51,234 nt of DNA. It comes from Nemertoderma westbladi. Its lineage: Eukaryota > Animalia > Xenacoelomorpha. The first letter of the stretch is position 1; every line of letters begins with the position of its first letter. Positions 48,511 to 51,234 of this stretch are shown piece by piece. A program made the translations under genes and the position numbers. Under the pieces are notes generated by a model, which saw nothing but the letters and a program-made list of their open reading frames with translations, was not told where the DNA came from and did not search any database. The DNA lies in assembly GCA_032718475.1 (NCBI GenBank), contig JAUCBJ010001759.1, positions 1 to 51,234 of the forward strand, written 5' to 3'.

Positions 48511-50140
48511 ATTACACGACGCTTGCAAGGCGATTACCGTATTAATGAGTGAGTTGGGTATCGCCGTAGACGGGGGTAAGGACTCTCTCAGCATGGCGGT
48601 GCGAGTGGGTGACGCAACCGTCAAGGCCCCGGGCTCCCTCGTAGTGTCTGCGTACGCGCCCTGCCCTGACATCCGTCTGGTAGTGACCCCGGACCTAAAG
48701 GTCCAACCTGGACGGAGTTCCGCCCTGCTGTGGGTCCGACTCGCCTCCATTCACCACCGACTCGGGGGCACCTCGTTGGCCCAGTGTCTCGGTAGTCTAG
48801 GCGACCAGGTTCCCGACGTTGACGACCCCCCTCTATTGGTCGCCCTCTTCAACGCCACGCAAGATCTCGTACGTGATGGCGTCATCCTCTCTGGTCATGA
48901 CGTCAGCGACGGTGGCGTCATCGTGTCTGTGCTGGAGATGGCGTTCGCGGGTAATTGCGGGTTGATTCTTCAGTTCGCTAAGGAGTCGCATCCACTGCGG
49001 GTTCTGTTCGGCGAGGAGGTTGGCATTGTTATAGAAGTGGCTGAGAAAGACAGCGATAAAGTCGTAGAGAAGTACAGGAAGTTGAACTTAAGTTGCAACG
49101 TCATCGGTGTCACCAACAACGAAGGATGCGGTTCTAGAGTTTTTGTAAAGTTCGGGGAAGATTTAGTTATTGATGAGAAGATGGTTGAGTTGAGAGACGC
49201 TTGGGAAGAGACGAGTTTCAAACTCGAGATGTTCCAAACGAACGCGCGTTGTGTCGCAGAGGAGCGTGCGACATTGACGACTCGCGAGACGCCGCCGTAC
49301 AAGGTGACCTTCCAACCCGAGATAACTGCGCCCCCCAGCGGGGAGTTTAGGGTAGCGGTTATCCGAGAAGAGGGTTCCAACGGTGACCGCGAGATGGTGC
49401 ACGCTTTCTACGCGGCGGGATTCCGCGTTTACGACGTGACCATGGTGGACATCGCCTCGGGTTCGCTACGACTTGACGGGTTCTCCGGGATCGCGTTCGT
49501 CGGCGGGTTCAGCTACGCGGACGTCCTCGGCTCCGCCAAGGGCTGGGCCGCCACGGCCACGTGCAACGAGACGGCTCGTCGCGAGTTCGAGGCCTTCCGC
49601 GCTCGCGACGACACCTTCTCGTTGGGCGTCTGCAATGGTTGCCAGTTGCTAGGTTACCTCGGGTGGATCGGGACCGGGTCCGACGACCGCTCCGAGGTGT
49701 TCCTCGCTCGGAACTCCTCGGAGCGCTTCGAGTCGCGATTCCCGGCGGTTCGCATCGAGGATTCCCCCTCGATCATGCTGGCCGGGATGGAGGGATCCGT
49801 GTTGGGCGTCTGGGTGGCCCACGGGGAGGGTCGGTTCACCTACTCGAGCCCCGCCGTCGAGCGGTTCGTTCGGGATCGCGGTTTAGTCGCGGTTTCCTAC
49901 GTGGACGATTCCGGGCTTCCCACCGAGGTTTACCCCGCCAATCCCAACGGCTCGCCCCACGGGGTCGCCGCCGTGGTCAGTCCGGACGGACGTCATCTCG
50001 GGATAATGCCCCACCCCGAGCGCGTCGTGCTGCCATGGCAATGGGCGTGGAAGCCTGAGTCATGGCGGGACATGCCGGTGTCGCCTTGGATGCGAATGTT
50101 CCAGAACTCGTTGTCCTGGTGTCGCAGTCGGAAAAGCTAA
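48511..50140 (+). CDS. PFAS: PFAS last coding exon including the glutaminase domain
   Basis: Acceptor tctattttag; GGKDSLSM, SGHDVSDGG, REEGSNGDREM, GGFSYADVLGSAKGW, catalytic LGVCNGCQLL, WVAHGEG, YPANPNGS, MPHPER; TAA stop; AATAAA at ~50232 and ~50549. Confidence 0.98.
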
Positions 50141-50627
50141 TAGTCGCACTGTAAATTAATAACAAATCAATCGTTTAATCAGGAAATGTTATTATAATGT
50201 TATAATTGTAATTTAATAATTAGGGTTTATTAATAAATAATTGGGTGATTGTAAAGAGTAAATTGCTCCGTGGCAATTTTAGGTTTTTACCTTTATTATT
50301 ATATTTATTCCCTTGTTGTTATTATTGATTAATTAATCAAATTGTTAATTAACTATAATTGTTGTAATTAATTACTTTACTAATAATATTTTGTGACCCG
50401 ATTCACAGATACACTTCGCGGTGTCAGCGCTGCCACCTCGAGATGTATCTGTTTAACGGTATTTACTGCCACTTAATTTAATTAATTTCAAATGTTTATA
50501 ACGTAATCATTGTGGTGCTAATTAATTTAGTGTTTTTCATAATTTTCCAATAAACAAATAATTTATTGTAATTATATATTTATATCGGCTAATCTGAGAA
50601 AATTGTATTATATGTGATAGATTGGGA

Positions 50628-50762
50628 GTCAGCTGTGGTGGGTCAGGTTTACAGAAGGTAAAGTTAGTGTGTGTCAGCAGTGGTGGGTCAGGTTTACAGA
50701 AGGTAAAGTTAGTTTGTGTCAGCAGTGGTGGGTCAGGTTTACATAAGGTAAAGTTAGTGTGT
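50628..50762 (+). repeat. 45-bp tandem repeat, 3 copies
   Basis: GTCAGC(A/T)GTGGTGGGTCAGGTTTACA... starts at 50628, 50673 and 50718. Confidence 0.9.
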
Positions 50763-50767
50763 GTGGC

Positions 50768-51234
50768 AAGTTGGTGCCAGTTCCCAAGAAGGGCAACCTA
50801 ACACTCTATGGTTCTTTTCGGGGAATCTCATTGATCTCGATTGCTGCAAAGCTATACAATAGAATTATATTAAATCGCATCAGGGATCCCATTGAGAGAC
50901 TGCTCCGTGGAAATCAGAATGGGTTCCGTAAAGGTCGTGGGACCATGGAGCCCATTTTGGCACTTAGAAGGATAATTGAAGAGTTATCAAAAAAGAAAGA
51001 CAGGCATCTGGTTGTTATCTTTGTTGACTTCTTCAAGGCCTTTGATTCAGTCTCTCGCTCACGTATGTTCAGCATACTTTCATTATATGGGATTCCTGAT
51101 GAAATTATTGCAGCAATCAGATCAGTATGCGATGGTTCGACAACATTTGTGTCTACTGTTGACGGTGACACAGAACCATTTGAAGTGTTATGGGGCGTCC
51201 TCCAAGGAGACACACTTGCAGCATTCTTGTTCAT
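50768..51234 (+). mobile_element. RTE-group LINE RT fragment, runs off the window
   Basis: VPVPKKGNL, RGISLISIAAKLYNRIILNRI, QNGFRKGR, FVDFFKAFDSV, GVLQGDTLA. Confidence 0.9.

Noticed and set aside
32091-50140. Bacterial purL contamination or horizontal transfer suggested by high GC
   Set aside because: Phase-consistent GT-AG introns and eukaryote-type PFAS motifs (SGNWMWPAKLPGEGA, WGAEYQE) indicate a native spliced gene.

Overview
Eukaryotic (probably invertebrate animal) genomic DNA. The only host gene is PFAS (FGAM synthase, purine biosynthesis) on the + strand. Four GT-AG exons (9284-9495, 32091-32885, 33219-33500, 48511-50140) join in frame to give the C-terminal 972 aa, and the 5' exons lie outside the window. 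The introns are very large (>9.2 kb, 22.6 kb and 15.0 kb, plus one of 333 bp) and packed with nested repeats. These include two BEL/Pao LTR retrotransposons (one decayed and inserted in a LINE, one non-autonomous gag-protease derivative inserted in a satellite), several CR1/L2-group and RTE-group LINE pieces, a ~530-bp (GT)n tract, a 26-bp satellite (~10 kb in total) and a 51-bp satellite (6.4 kb). The 2000-3200 aa ORFs are satellite artefacts. The most novel-looking signal is in the inferred LTR of the first BEL/Pao element. It holds five copies of a ~85-nt hairpin with copy-specific compensatory closing stems, a canonical kink-turn and a cUUCGg tetraloop on the element's sense strand. The same element also carries a small extra ORF coupled to gag by an ATGA overlap. 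No database searches were possible, so family assignments come from recognised motifs and novelty is unverified.
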